In this document: positions 50,238-63,853 of the stretch, in pieces | How the letters are laid out: each line of letters begins with the position of its first letter | Numbering within the stretch: position 1 is the first letter of the stretch | NCBI GenBank assembly: GCA_043228905.1 | Contig: JBHGNT010000002.1 | Span: 17,732,001-17,796,000, forward strand | Origin: Azolla caroliniana | Lineage: Eukaryota; Plantae; Polypodiophyta | DNA: 64,000 nt | Direction of reading: 5' to 3' | Notes under the pieces: model-generated | Seen by the model: only the letters and a program-made list of their open reading frames with translations | Told to the model about the DNA's origin: nothing | Database searches by the model: none | Translations under genes and position numbers: made by a program

Positions 50238-51676
50238 AAGAGCATGCGCGCGCTACACCTACTCTTATGCACGAAAAACAAAAAGGGGTGGAAACACCCG
50301 ACACTACCAGAGACGCGGATGCGCACAACCAAACATATATATATATATTACAATGGAAGAGAACAACCTTGGCTTCGAGCCGGACCAAGGTAGGTTACAG
50401 CAGCAGTCTGTTGCCAAGCCACCGGTCGGGGAGCTCACGGTTGTCGCGCCGAGCAGGGTCTTGCATAGGAGACCTAGTAGAAGCAAACCTACAAAGGGGG
50501 AAGATGCTACCGCGGCCACGAGCCGGCTACGCACAGAAGAAGAGAAGTAAACCTAACGGTTTTGCCGCCATAACTCCCGCCTGACTTAACTCCTTGTCCT
50601 GATTTGCCGCCATAGCTCCCGCTATAGAACAAGGAGAGGGATGTGTTACAATGTGGGATAAATCCTGATTTACATGGGATTCCTTGTCTTGACTTAACTC
50701 CTATTATTCACACGTTTTACAAGGGTAAGTGCACATGGTGCACTCCGCCGATTCTTCCGATATCTCCCGATTCCGCCTAGGGACGGTTTTCTCCACGACA
50801 GCGTAAGGCGATCTTCATCCTCTATCTCTTGTTCGGCGGATTCTAGGCCGAGCGGAGTCGGAGTTGGAGTTGTCTCTAGTGCATACCAGGATGCGGACTC
50901 GTCAAAAATGACCTCTCGACTTACTCGATATTTTCGAGTTGAAGGGTTGTACCACTTGTACCCCTTTTGCTCTAGTGAGTATCCTACGAGGATACATTTC
51001 TCCGACTTTGGGTCAAGCTTTTGACGCTTCTCGTCGGGGATGTGCGTGTACGCTATCGCGCCGAATATCCGAGTGTGCGATAAGTCCGGCTTCTTTCCGA
51101 GTATTTTTCGTGCAGAGTGACCTCATGCACACCAGATGTTGTGCATCGGTTCATTAGGTAGACGGCCGTATTTGCGGCTTCGGCCCAATATAACTTGGGC
51201 ATATGCTTCTCGTTCATCATGGCCCGCACTACTTCGAGGATGTGCCGATTTTTGCGCTCGGCTACTCCGTTTTGTTGCGAAGTGTGTCGACAAGTGAATT
51301 CTCGCCGATTCCTTCCTTTCGGAGATACGCTGTGAAATCGTCCGAGAAGTACTCCTTGCTACCATCCGATCGAAGACATCATACATGTCGGCCCATGCTT
51401 TCTCGACTTCATTCTTGAATTTTTGGAAGTGTCCGAACACTTCGCTCTTTTGCCGCATCGGGTAGATCCAAGTGTGCCTGGAGAAGTCATCGATGAAGAG
51501 CACATAATATCGGCATCCGCCGAATGTAGCTGTCTGCGCCGGTCCCCATACGTTGGAATGGACTACATCGAGTAGTCCTTTGCTCACGTTCCGCTCTTTC
51601 GGGAATGGGTGTCGGTGTTGCTTGCCAAATTGGCACGCTTCGCATACACCTTCAATCTCCTTCTCTTTGAATGTAG
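43629..51676 (-). mobile_element. Ty1/copia element E (3' LTR 43629-44018, PPT, RH/RT/INT; gag end missing), split by the insertion at 46155-50800
   Basis: [32 protein letters not shown] and VHSNVWGP motifs. PPT CTTGAGGGGGCG next to the LTR. Confidence 0.9.
46155..50800 (-). mobile_element. Complete non-autonomous gag-only LTR retroelement (LTRs 46155-46963, 50117-50800) with tRNA-Trp PBS
   Basis: TG...CA LTR pair. PBS TGGTGAACCCGACGTGA and PPT GGTTAGGTGGGGGTGGA. A 4-bp TSD GCAT/GCGT; excision restores the host frame DRLTRMFEESP. Gag-like ORF from 50079 (GRFNGDKVPFYLEAY...SWEAFEEALLQAY). No pol motifs. Confidence 0.88.
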
Positions 51677-51711
51677 TTAGAAGTTAACATGCGAGTATTA
51701 CCTATATGTAT

Positions 51712-54700
51712 TGTTAAGAATTAGGTAATTAAGTACGAGTTAATTAGTACCTAATTATGTTATTAAGCAACGGAAGATTATGTGATGTGTGTGTATGTAA
51801 CGTGAGAGTGTGAGAGGAAGAGAGAAAGAACACTTATGAACAACGAGACAAGATGGGGGATGATTAACTATATTAAAAAGCATCATCTAATACAAAAATA
51901 CCCACAATGAGGTATATATACATCTCATGTGCAAAGGTGCACATGTGTGAGTAGAATATAGGTACAAATGTGTAAGTTCTATATTAAATTAACATGGGAG
52001 TGAAGGATCTACAATGTATCCCACTCAAGTACAAAATCCTATTTAAGGCTTTAAGGTCAACACACTAACTAGATTCTATCTCGGTAACTACTAAGTTACA
52101 TGTGTGGACTAACTAACTAAATCTAGTTGAGCTTGATATCTCAACACGCCCCCTCAAGCTCAAGTGTGAGGCGTCCGGCGTCCGATTTGGCTTTTGTCAA
52201 TTTTTGTCCGGCCTTCGTCGGCTTCTTCGGCCTTTCCGAAGCAGTTTCGGTTCCTCCCCCTCAAGCCAGTGAGGAAGGCTTGGGTTGACTGCTTTCACCC
52301 ATTGTGGGTCACAAGCCATGTCTATAGAGCTCTCGGGCTCTTGTTCGGCCGCTACCTTCATCACGAAGGCGTATTGATAGGCCATGTACTCATTGTAGCC
52401 GAGCCGAGCGATGGGATTCTTCTCTCTAGATGATCGTTGAAGTTTTTCGCTTGCTGATGTGAGCGCCTTCTTTACTCTGGATGTCAGCATGATGGGTACG
52501 CCAAACTCACTATCTAGTGAGCGAGCCGACACATCTGAATCATTGTCTTCAGGTTGATCGACTTCGTATTCGGGCATCTTACCTTACCTTTGTCCAAGTT
52601 CAGACTTGGCCGCGATGTGCTTTGGTCACATGAAGGCTCATGTGGGCCACTTAACTCAGTAGAGCTTGGATTTTCCTTTGGTAAAGACTTGGCCGAATAT
52701 CTTCCTCTGCGTTGACGTTCAACTCTTCCTCAGTCGGGTCAGGTGTAGCCGAATTGGGCTTGTACCAAGATGCCGATTCGTCGAAGACTACGTCTCGACT
52801 CACCTGAACTACTCGGGTCGAAGGGTTATAGCACTTGTATGCCTTCTTCTCGGACAAGTATACTACGAGGATACATGTCTCTGACTTTGCGTTAGGCTTC
52901 TGTCGTTGTTCGTTCGAGATGCGTACATTCGCAATGCTTCCAAACACTTTGAGGTGCAACAAGATCGGCTTCCTTCCAACAAGGAGTTGGTATGGAGTTC
53001 GCTCATGCACTCCATTAGTGGTGCATCGATTCATGAGATAGATGGTCATGGATTCCGCTTTGGCCCAATAGAAGTTCGGCATGTGCTTCTCATGCATCAG
53101 GGCGCGTGCTACCTCGAGTATGTGCCGATTCTTCCTTTCGGCAACTCCATTTTGTTGAGGTGTGTGTCAGCATGAGAATTCTCTCCGAATGCCTTCAACT
53201 TGGAGATAGGAGATGAATTCATCGGAGAAGTACTCCTTGCCTCCATCCGATCGTAGGCATCGAATGTGCCGACCAAGTTCTTTTTTGACTTGACCCTTGA
53301 GCTTTTTGAAGTGGGAGAACACTTCGCTCTTCTTCTTCTTCGGGAAGATCCACGTGTAGTGGGAGTAGTTGTCGATAAAGGTGGCGTAGTATCGGCATCC
53401 GCCGATCATCGGCGTTTGAGCCAGTCCCTATACGTCTAAATGTATGATGTTGAGGAGGCCTTTGCTTACTTAGCTCTCCTTCAGAAATGGGATTCGATGT
53501 TGTTTGCCGAGTTGACAGGTTTCGCATACTCGGTGGACTTGTTTCGACACGAAGGTCGGAAGTCTAATGACGACTCCCTTTGTTTGCATAGCTCGGAGCC
53601 GTTGGAGGTTGATGTGGCCGATTCTCTTGTGCCACAACTCGATGTCAATGTTGGCTTTCAGACCTTCGACATACATGGTTGATTTCACCTCATTCTAATC
53701 GAGAATGAACATTCGCTCGTCTTTTGTCCCTTATCTATGAGTCATTCATCTTTCTCGATGAAGCATCCTTCATTGTTGAACCGAACTTGCATGCCTTCCT
53801 CCACGATTTGGCCGACCGATACCAAATTCTTTGTTATTTTGGGCACGTGCAAGACATTCTTGATGCAAGTTTGCTCACCCTCTTTCCCAAATGGGACATT
53901 GCCAATGTGCTGAATGGGATGTGTGGTGTCGTCTCCCGTCTCTATGAAGCCAGGTCGATCCAGTGTTTGTAAGTCGTGAAACCACTCTTGGTGTGGCGTC
54001 ATATGATGTGAGGCACCGGTGTCGACGAACCACATGTCTTACGAGTTGGAGGTGCTCGTGGAGTTGGAGACCGACATAGAGTTCGCTCTAGGTCTCATTA
54101 CGAATAGCCCACCATAGTCCTCGTATTCGGAGTTGGTAGCGTAATTTGTGAATTGTCGACTTGTGGAAGCCGACTCGCTTCTTCTTTTTCAGCACTCCTC
54201 CTCGCGGTGGCTAATTTTTCCGCAATAGTTGCACGTAGCGGGCCTCATTTGCCAACCTTGTTCGACATGGAAGCTTCCCCTTCTTTTGAAGGTTCCTCGA
54301 TGGCTTCCGTCTTGTTGTTGAAGGTTTGAGTTCCCTTTGTGAGATGGGTCGAATCGACCTCTTCTACCGCCATGACCTCGTCCTCGGCCACCTTCTGAAT
54401 TTGAGAAGAACATTTGTCCTTCCCACGTCTTGGTCTTGGGTCAGACGTGGTTCTCTTCGACCAATAACATTGATTGAAGGTCAAAGAACGAAGGAAGGTT
54501 TTCTCTTGCCAAGATTGTCATCCTTAACGAGTCAAATTGTTGTGTGAGGCCGCCCAAGCATACTTGAACCATCTCGTCTTCGTCGTCATTTATGTCGATG
54601 GAGCCAAGCAAGTCGCGAATGCTCTTGATCTTGGCGGTATAGTCCAACATGGACATATCTTTTTGCCGAATGTTGTTCAACTCTTGCCGGAGTTGAAGTT

Positions 54701-56014
54701 TGCGAGCGGTCATGTTGGCGGCGAACATTTTCTTCAAGTTCTTCCACGCCTCTTTAGGCGTCTTGGCTTCTCGAATGTGGCTAAGCATGTGGTCATGGAC
54801 ACATGTTGCCAAGCAATACATTACATGACTCGCTCCTTGCTCCCATGTTGGGTAGTTGGCATTTGTGATGTCGAGTTTGTCTTCGAGTGCACCAGTGATG
54901 TAGCTCCAACACCCTTGGCTAACTAGGGAGCGAGATACCCATTTGTGTGTTCATGTTGATTAGTGTCTTCTCTTCTTTTGCTTTTCTTCCTTCGATCATG
55001 TACACGTGCCACGTAGCGGCACTACGGTAGCGATAGCCGGAATTTGTCATCGGCATTTCGAACACACAATCACGGAGTCGAGTGGGCTTAGTGGATGTGC
55101 TAAACCACACGCTCTGATACCATGTTAAGAATTAGGTAATTAAGTACGGGTTAATTAGTACCTAATTATGTGATTAAGCAATGGAAGATTATGTGATGTG
55201 TGTATATATGTGAGAGTGTGAGAGGAAGAGAGAAAGAACACTTATGAACAACGAGACAAGATGGAGATGATTAACTATATTAAAAAGCATCATCTAATAC
55301 AAAAATACCCACAATGAGGTATATATACATGTTGAGAATCAAGCTCAACATAGTGCAACGTGTGAACACACCTTTTGAGAATCTATGATTACTCAAAGGT
55401 CAAGAGTCACACCACTACTCTCTACACATTAACTATGTGTCATAGAATCATATTCTATGACACATAACTAATGAGTTACATATTCCCCATGACTACAAGT
55501 TTTCACATTCCCCAAGAGAGAGTAGTTGTTGTTATTAGTTAATGAAGAGAGAGGGTGACTATATATAAAGCACCTTTCTCCTACTTCATACTAAGTTGGT
55601 TGTGACTCCTTGTAATGCTACATTTTGTATTTCTTATTCTTCTTGTGAATATACACCTTTTTCTTGAGTATTCCTTTTTCCATTCTATCTATCTTGTGTT
55701 TTCTCTTCTCTCCTTTCTTTCCTCTCACACATACACATAACACACATCTCTTCCGCTGCACAAGAATCCTATTCAATTCTTTACAATACATCTCATGTAC
55801 AAAGGTGCACATGTGTGAGTAGAATATAGGTACAAAGGTGTAAGACCTATATTAAATGAACATGGGAGTGGAGGATCTACAATGTATCCCACTCAAGTAC
55901 AGAATCCTATTTAAGGCTTTACGGTCAACACACTAACTAGATTCTATCTATGTAACTACTAAGTTACGTGTGTGGACTAACTAACTAAATCTAGTTGAGC
56001 TTGATATCTGAACA
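51712..56014 (-). mobile_element. Ty1/copia element F with both LTRs (51712-52146, 55123-56014) but RT/RNase H deleted
   Basis: TSD TGTAT/TGTAC and PBS TGGTATCAGAGC (55111-55122). Gag, WFVDTGASHH protease and integrase are present. The sequence jumps from WVKAV to the 3' UTR near 52280. Confidence 0.9.
55330..55785 (+). mobile_element. Solo LTR of the element E family inserted in the 5' LTR of F
   Basis: TGTTGAG...TTTACA termini and TSD ATACA (55325-55329, 55786-55790). Similar to the reverse complement of 43629-44018. Confidence 0.88.
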
Positions 56015-57849
56015 TGTACATATTTCATGTACATCCTTAGGGTGTTTCTTAATATTAACTTAGTATCTTTTCATGGAAAAAAGATACACAAAACACTTGT
56101 ATTCCATCTTTAAATGTTATAGTGGTAGATACTCTTATATTTTAGGAAGTCTTTTGTCTTGTTGTTTTGCCATAAATTCAGGCCCCTTGGTTGGTTGATC
56201 AATAATCATTTTCAACATAAATGGATAACCTTTCCTATTTGAAGAACCTTTATTTTGTAACATAGGCATTATAATTGATGTATATACATTTGTGCCTTCC
56301 AAACTGGTTAACACCCTCTTGATGACCAAATAGATGGCATGCCCATGGGACAACCAATTATGTGAATGAACCCAAAGCAAGGCCGCTAGACGACATTAGG
56401 CAAGTGGGAGAGAGTTGAGTGTTGGCTAGGATGAAATAGTTGGGGTGTTGGTCTAGTTGATTGTTGAGGAGGAGTGTGGTGTTCTTGCAAGTGAGAGTAC
56501 GATATGGTATTTGTGGCATTTGGCCCCAAAAATGAATATGGTAGACTCTGATTAGGGATGGACAATGAATAAAAGTCATACTTTGAATGTGAATGATCAA
56601 CATGCATTTTGTAAAGATAAGGATATTGATGTGGTGCATACCACATTTAGATGATTCTACTTTTTATCTATCAAAAGAGATCATAAAAGCTATAAAATGA
56701 GAAGAAAACTCATTATTAGGTTCATATTTTTTAAATAACAGAACCTCGTGATTCTTTTCAAGAGAATTTGATAGGATAGTGAATCACGGGGGTGTGTGGG
56801 AGTCCAATGATGACCAAGATATCATTGCCCTCAATCATAACTCACCACACAAATTCAAGCCTGCCCCCCATTTCTATATTTAGATATTAGCAAAATGACA
56901 ACTTGCTTGGGAAAATTTCAAATGACAACTTTCCCATCATCTATGTCTAGTCATCATTTGGAACTTCCACTAGAATTCCTTTTGAAGTCTTGTTTGCCTT
57001 ACTTGAGCCTTAACAAAAGCCTATTTCTTCCAGGGGAATGACAAAGAGAAGAATAAGGAGGTATAAGTGAGCTAAAGTTTGAGGGAAGAAGAGATTGTCA
57101 AATTGGAATCATGGAGAACATCTCACAAAGCGCAAATTTTCATGCTAAATTGTTCGTGTGAACAAATTCACTTGTGGAAAGCCAACATGAGAGACCTCAT
57201 CAAGTTCTCTTGTGCCTATGTTCAACATAAAAAATTATTTGGTCTAGGTTCAACACAAGAGAAGTCAAGATCTCTCATGAGTAGGTTTCATGTAGCTCCA
57301 CACAAACAAACCCCTAATTTGTATTCATAGAGCTATTGTCAATGATTGTCATGAAAACCATCCCCCTTCACAAATATTGTTGTGTGCAATCCCCATGGCA
57401 ACCATTCTATGCAAACTATCATCCCAATGACCACCATATGAAAAATAATCGGTATGTGCAACTTTTTTTTGTGGCCACCTTTGTGTGCACAATTACCATC
57501 GTGTGCAACCATTAATGAACTAGAGCTACCATTGTGCATCACCCCTATGTTAGGTGTCCTTTTCTACTTTAGAGAAGGAGGTCAACATTGGGTCTCCTCA
57601 TACATTACCCTAGAGCTAATTTCACTACCTAAACCTAGTCTTGGCTTCTTCTTTTTTGACATCATGATAGTAATCATGATGCCAAGTGTAGGGTTCATAG
57701 TACCCCAACTTTTTTTCTTGTCTATTAAGGCACTCAAATGGAAACATATACATTGACACTTGTCACTACCCCCTCCCCCACTTCCCCTAACAATACTAAA
57801 AACTTAGATAAATATTTAGAAAAGGCACATAAATGCATATTCAACACAA

Positions 57850-58955
57850 ACATACGCATGCATACAATAAAGTAAATAGTTACTCATACCTAACCAAAGG
57901 ACCCCTTACTATACACAAATAGTTTCACATATATGATACACCCAAACACATGCCTACATGTGCACTCTCATAAACATATGCTCATATACTTCTATACCAA
58001 CATAAACATCTAAATAATTTGTTTTAAGCATAACCTAAAGGACCGATTCTAAAGCTTACTTTAAAAGTTTAAGGGTAGAATAAGTAAGAAACTAGCTATC
58101 CTAGTACTTGGGATGAAACAATACCATATGCATGCATACAATAAAGTAAATAGTTACTCATACCTAACCAAAGGACCCCTTACTATACTACTATACACAA
58201 ATAGTTTCACATATATGATACACCCAAACACATGCCCACATGGGCACTCTCATAAACATATGCTCATATACTTTTATACCAACAAAAACATCTAAATAAT
58301 TTGTTTTAAGCATAACCTAAAGGACCGATTCTAAAGCTTACTTTAAAAGTTTAAGGGTAGAATAAGTAAGAAACTAGCTATCCCAATACTTGGGATGAAA
58401 CAATAACATACGCATGCATACAATAAAAGTAAATAGTTACTCATACCTAACCAAAGGACCCCTTACTATACACAAATAGTTTCACATATATGATACACCC
58501 AAACACATGCCTACATGGGCACTCTCATAAACATATGCTCATATACTTTTATACCAACAAAAACATCTAAATAATTTGTTTTAAGCATAACCTAAAGGAC
58601 CGATTCTAAAGCTTACTTTAAAAGTTTAAGGGTAGAATAAGTAAGAAACTAGCTATCCCAGTACTTGGGATGAAACAATAACATACGCATGCATACAATA
58701 AAAGTAAATAGTTACTCATACCTAACCAAAGGACCCCTTACTATACACAAATAGTTTCACATATATGATACACCCAAACACATGCCTACATGGGCACTCT
58801 CATAAACATATGCTCATATACTTTTATACCAACAAAAACATCTAAATAATTTGTTTTAAGCATAACCTAAAGGACCGATTCTAAAGCTTACTTTAAAAGT
58901 TTAAGGGTAGAATAAGTAAGAAACTAGCTATCCCAGTACTTGGGATGAAACAATA
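57850..58955. repeat. Four near-identical ~275-bp tandem repeats
   Basis: Units start near 57851, 58123, 58407 and 58681 (CATACGCATGCATACAATAAAGTAAATAG...GTACTTGGGATGAAACAATA). Confidence 0.95.
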
Positions 58956-59379
58956 AGGACTTATGACACATGGGAACACGTGGTGGATTAGGAGCTTTAA
59001 GTGATAGGCTATATAAAGGTATTGGCTACCCATTCATTGTAACATTTTTGAGACATTATTGATACTCTATTATTGGGGCTAAAATCTCTTAATTAGATTA
59101 GTTATTTAACTACCAAGGAATACATTAGGTAATATTCATTGGTATGGAAAATCGACATTGTTTTATATTTGTTTCATGTCCTCTTTTGAGGGGTAGTCAG
59201 TGTAGCTAATTTCATCATTGGTATGATTTGTAACATTTGGTATTTGAGCCAATTACCAATGTTTTTTTTCTTTTACCTTGTGTTTTTCTAAAGTGATTAA
59301 TGAGAATTTTGGCCAATCCAAGAACAAAGAAGGCGAATTTTCAATAATCTTCTTAATTTTTCTCTTTTAATATTAAAAA

Positions 59380-60670
59380 TTTCACACTTTTGTAGTATAA
59401 TGTGTGAAGTGTGAGCCTCCACATTTGTCTCATGTCTCCACACCCAAAAAGGCCTCAATTACAAAGGAATCTAGTGATGCATCATGAAGCAAGTGTCTTG
59501 CATCCCATCTACCAAACCATTTTTCCATATCTTGCATCCAACCAGAATACAAAATTTTGGATCTTTTTGCTTGTTTCCCATGCAAATCTAGGAAGTCAAT
59601 GTGAGGGATTTTTTTGAGCCTTAAGAATGTATTCAACAACACTTTTCATGGCCATGATCTCAATGGGAAGCAAGCATGTCTCAAGGAGGAGGAGGGTGTA
59701 GGGCATTTGTTTCTTAACTTATAGAAACTTTGTAAGAAAATGTTTTTGGACATTTTCAAACTCTTTTCATATAGATTTAGGAATGCTATTGTCCCATACT
59801 TCCACCCCATAGAGAAGCACCAGTGTCACCAAAGTGTCGAAAATATATTTCTTTAAGACCCAACACTTAATATCTCCATGATTGCATGTGTTCTCAAATG
59901 CATAGTATGCTCGCTTACTCGCCTCTAAGCAGCGTGTAGCACATTCATGCCATCTATGATTTGAAAGAACTTCAAGGCCAAGATATTTGAAGCTTTCCAC
60001 ACATTCAAGTGGCTCATTATTGTACATAATGCATGGTTTACCACTTTTCTGGCTCTTCACAAGCATAATCTTTGCTTTAGAACTATTGACAGTTAATTTA
60101 GTATGCATGCAAAGTTTTTCCAATGCCTTCATAAGCTTTTATGCATCTCTTAAAGTATTTGCAAAAAGCATTACATCATCCACATATAGCAAAAACATAA
60201 TGACAACATTCCCAATCACAACTTCTTCAACACATTCTTCCTTTACAAACTCTGCAACCATTTCTTCCAATTCATCAATGCATAGATCATAATAGTGTTG
60301 GTGAGAATGGGCATCATTGCTTAACACCAATAGTGCTATTGAAAAAATCTGAAAGGCTATCTCTCATACACACAACATATAACCTTCTCATATATTCAGG
60401 AAATTGCAGGCATATATTCACTTGGCACCTCGAGTTCTTCCATTCGCCTCCAAAGACGCCCACGTGGTACCATATCAAAAGCTTTCTTGAAGTCTACAAA
60501 ACAATAATATAAACCTTTATATCTAACACGACTTTCCTCCATTAACACTCGAAGATTGACAAGGTGATCAATGGGGCTATGGTATTTTTGGAAGCCAAGC
60601 CGGTCTAGAAGTTTTCCTACCATTTTTTTGAGCCCATACGCTTATCGTTGATTCTATTATACAAACCAAG
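59380..60670 (-). pseudogene. Decayed, 5'-truncated LINE ORF2 (RT) fragment of the same family as 23139-27812
   Basis: YYCFVDFKKAFDMVP, LLYVDDV and ESFKYLGLEV are collinear with 26040-27340. It has stops and frameshifts. Confidence 0.92.
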
Positions 60671-60775
60671 AGAAGCATTTGGTTTTGGTTGGATAGGTGT
60701 GTGTAAAGATAAAACACAGAAAGAAAATGATAGATAGAATGTTAAAGACAAAGAGATAACGAGAGAGACGAGGAC

Positions 60776-63700
60776 ATGGAGCTCAAGCTCTGCTCCCCCT
60801 CCCTCTCCCTCTCCCTCTGTTCTTCTTCATCGTCGGCATCCTCCTCCTCCTCATCTTCCTCGTACAGCTGTCGTCCATGGCTTATGCAGAGGAAACAGAA
60901 ATCATCTCTGCTTTCCTTTCGAGCGTTCCCTTCTTTAAAGATTCCTTTGAAGATCGAGAGGTACGGACACAGGAAAGTCCTTGAGATCACGCGAATCTTC
61001 ACCACAGAGACCTCTACTCCCGATACATCCCTCTCTTCTCCACCGACTATAAGAAAGCTCGTCCTTCTCCGCCATGGGAAAAGCTCTTGGTCTGATCCTT
61101 CCGTTAAAGGTCTGTTTTTTTTTACTGATCTTCTTTCTGTTTTCTAATTGTTTTAGGGTTTTTCATGTTTGTTGTTGCTCTCCCTTGCACACTGTTTCTG
61201 TAGCAACATGTGCCACGTTTGGGTATTTACAAGTATACACGTAAGATGAGAAATGTTACCACAAACACCACGTAGTTGTAAATGTTGTACTACATCGGGG
61301 TATTCTGGTAATTTTCGAACTCCTAAGGTGTTCTGGTGAATATCCAAAATGTTAGGGGTTTTTCTTGATGGATTTCATCTCTTTTTAGGGTATTTTTATT
61401 ATCTTCTTCCCCTTTTACATTGTGTTGGGTTTGAATTCCTTCATCAACACTTAATTTTTTTGGTCATGATGAGAAAAACACATTTTCACTTAGAAATTAC
61501 TTAAAAAATTACATTTCTCGGTGTGTTTATGAACAATAAATTATTTTCATGGTGTGTAAATCCAGATACCGAAATCTGTACGACCTCCTCATGAAGGCAA
61601 ATGAATACAATATAAGTCTAATATGAAAAAGCTAAGATGCACAAATCTAATGTATAATAAGGCTTCTGTCTGTGGGATGGGTATAGAAGAAAAACACATG
61701 CATATTAAATGGTCGATTCCCTCAATTGTAAGTGTTGTGAGTCATCGTTGATATTTGTTATTCACAATTGTAATGATCTCTATGAAGAATCAATAGAGTA
61801 ATATTTAGAAACACTTTCACGATATCCATTTAGTTATGAAGGATCTATTTTAACTAAACGCTACTTCTGATGGCAATGACTGACGAAACCAATGTCTTAG
61901 ATGTCCATTCATAATGCTTAGACAACCCTCTAGAGTTAGGCAATATCCACATGTTTGGATGTGATTCATCACCAATGTCTGGGATGCATATGGTTGTCAT
62001 AAAATAAAAGATAGCAAACAATTTTTTTTTGATTCTTCATAATTTATCTATTTGAAATGCAAAATGTGAGGCCCGCAAAAGAAATATCTCTGTTCAGTAA
62101 ACTATCCAGAAGGTGTGAACCTTCTCACTACTTGCAAAACTAGAGCTTCATGATCTCAACGATATCTGATTACACATATTACAAATGAATCAAGGTTCTA
62201 TAGTTGATCCTTGATGTTGGTGGTGCCAATATATACATGGATAAACTTTTTCCTGAAACATTCGAGTGTTTTCTTAGTTTAAAATGATCGAGAGACATAG
62301 AGGATGATGTTCCAACAGTGATGTAGAGTTCTGGCAGTAGCATATACCTAATTTGCACTGTTTGAGTGCTTTACATTTTTTTTATAATTCATAAGTAGCC
62401 ATGTTGATTGTGAGCATGGTACAGAATACAAGTGACAAGCAAGAACCTAGTTCTATCTGGTGTACATATTGTTTGGAATGTTAGCTCTTTAACATTAATG
62501 GCACACTCATGATAGTGAATGTCAACAGAAAATTCTAGTGAGCGGCAAGGAGTGAGTTATATCATATGTGCTTCTTATGCTTTCGTTATATGGTTACTAA
62601 AAACTAGGAAGTTTCTGGAATTATGAGGTCCACTCTGTTTTCATTCTATGTCGGTGAGTAAGATGAATTTGTAACATATCGGTTATTTATCTCGCCTTTT
62701 TATTCTTAGAGAATTCACTGGCTGTTTATAGACATGCTGATAAGGTGATAAAATGCCAGACCATGATAGGCCATTGAATGAGCATGGACGCTCAGCGTCA
62801 GCAAGCCTTGCGAGCAAGTTAAACTTGGTGGGATGGCTTCCTGATCTCATTCTTTGCAGGTAGATCAAGAATCAGTTGGAATTTCAAGGTTTGATGTGAA
62901 TTAAATTTAGGAAAAAAACGCAAAAATATCCCGTAGATCTGGAGATTCACCAGAATACCCTTTAGAGAGAGATACTCCTCAGTTTTCCTTATTTACCCAA
63001 ATACCCCTAATTCTTTATTGTTTACTCATGGCCTTGGTCAACCCTCGAAAAGATATTATATGTGTTATTTGAGAAATTATGCTGTCAATTCATTCTGTTC
63101 CTCTCAATTATATGTTCTGTTAGAGAAATTATATGATTGATCCATTCCCTATTTTATCCTGACCAAGGATGTTTTTGGGAAACATAAAAAACTCGGCCAT
63201 TTGGAGAAATAAAGGAACTCAGGGGAATTTGAAATTTCTGTGTAGAATAATTTGTTTACCCATGTGTAGTATCATACTTAATTTCTGAAAACTTGGGGAT
63301 ATTTTGGGAATCTGGGGATTTGGTAAATAACCAACAAGGTAGGAATAATTATTCTACAGAATTTTCTTTGAACTCATCTGTGTGAAACAGTGACTCTGCA
63401 AGAACACGAGAGACGCTCAAGATAATGCAGGAACAGATTCCCAAATTAGAAAGTGTTGAAGTACATTTTTTGGGAAGCTTTTATTCTGTATCTGCAATGG
63501 ATGGTCAGACTGCGCAACATCTTAAAGAGACCATTTGCAAATATGCAGGAGACAATATTTCTACAGTAATGTAAGCATTTCGACTAACTCATTTTTCTCT
63601 TTTCTTTATGTATTGAGGCTGATGAATTTTTCTAAAGTCCAAGATGGTGGCACATATGTCTTTCCTCTAAAGCTTACAAACTATTGCAAGTTCTTCTCTT

Positions 63701-63853
63701 TACAATTATAAACTTGCAGCTGTGGCTTCTACAAGGTGTATGGGTCATAATCGTGGTTGGGAAGAGGCTGCAAGTATTTTCTCAGGATTAGCTGTAGAAC
63801 TCAAGACTGCGAATGCTGCTTTACTCCAAACATCTGCCACCTCTTGGCAAGAG
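60776..63853 (+). CDS. Histidine phosphatase superfamily, SixA-like protein with predicted plastid transit peptide; exons 60776-61109, 62760-62859, 63391-63570, 63736-63853; continues beyond the window
   Basis: The spliced product has LVLLRHGKSSW...DHDRPLNEHG...PDLILCSDSARTRET...MCMGHNRGWEEAAS. All three introns are GT-AG and phase-consistent. The N-terminus is Ser-rich. Confidence 0.92.

Noticed and set aside
61295-63335. Short inverted-similarity segments in the phosphatase introns (61298-61360 vs 62920-62960; ~62988-63008 vs ~63314-63331) as a MITE
   Set aside because: The similarity is short and degenerate, with no TSD or clear termini.
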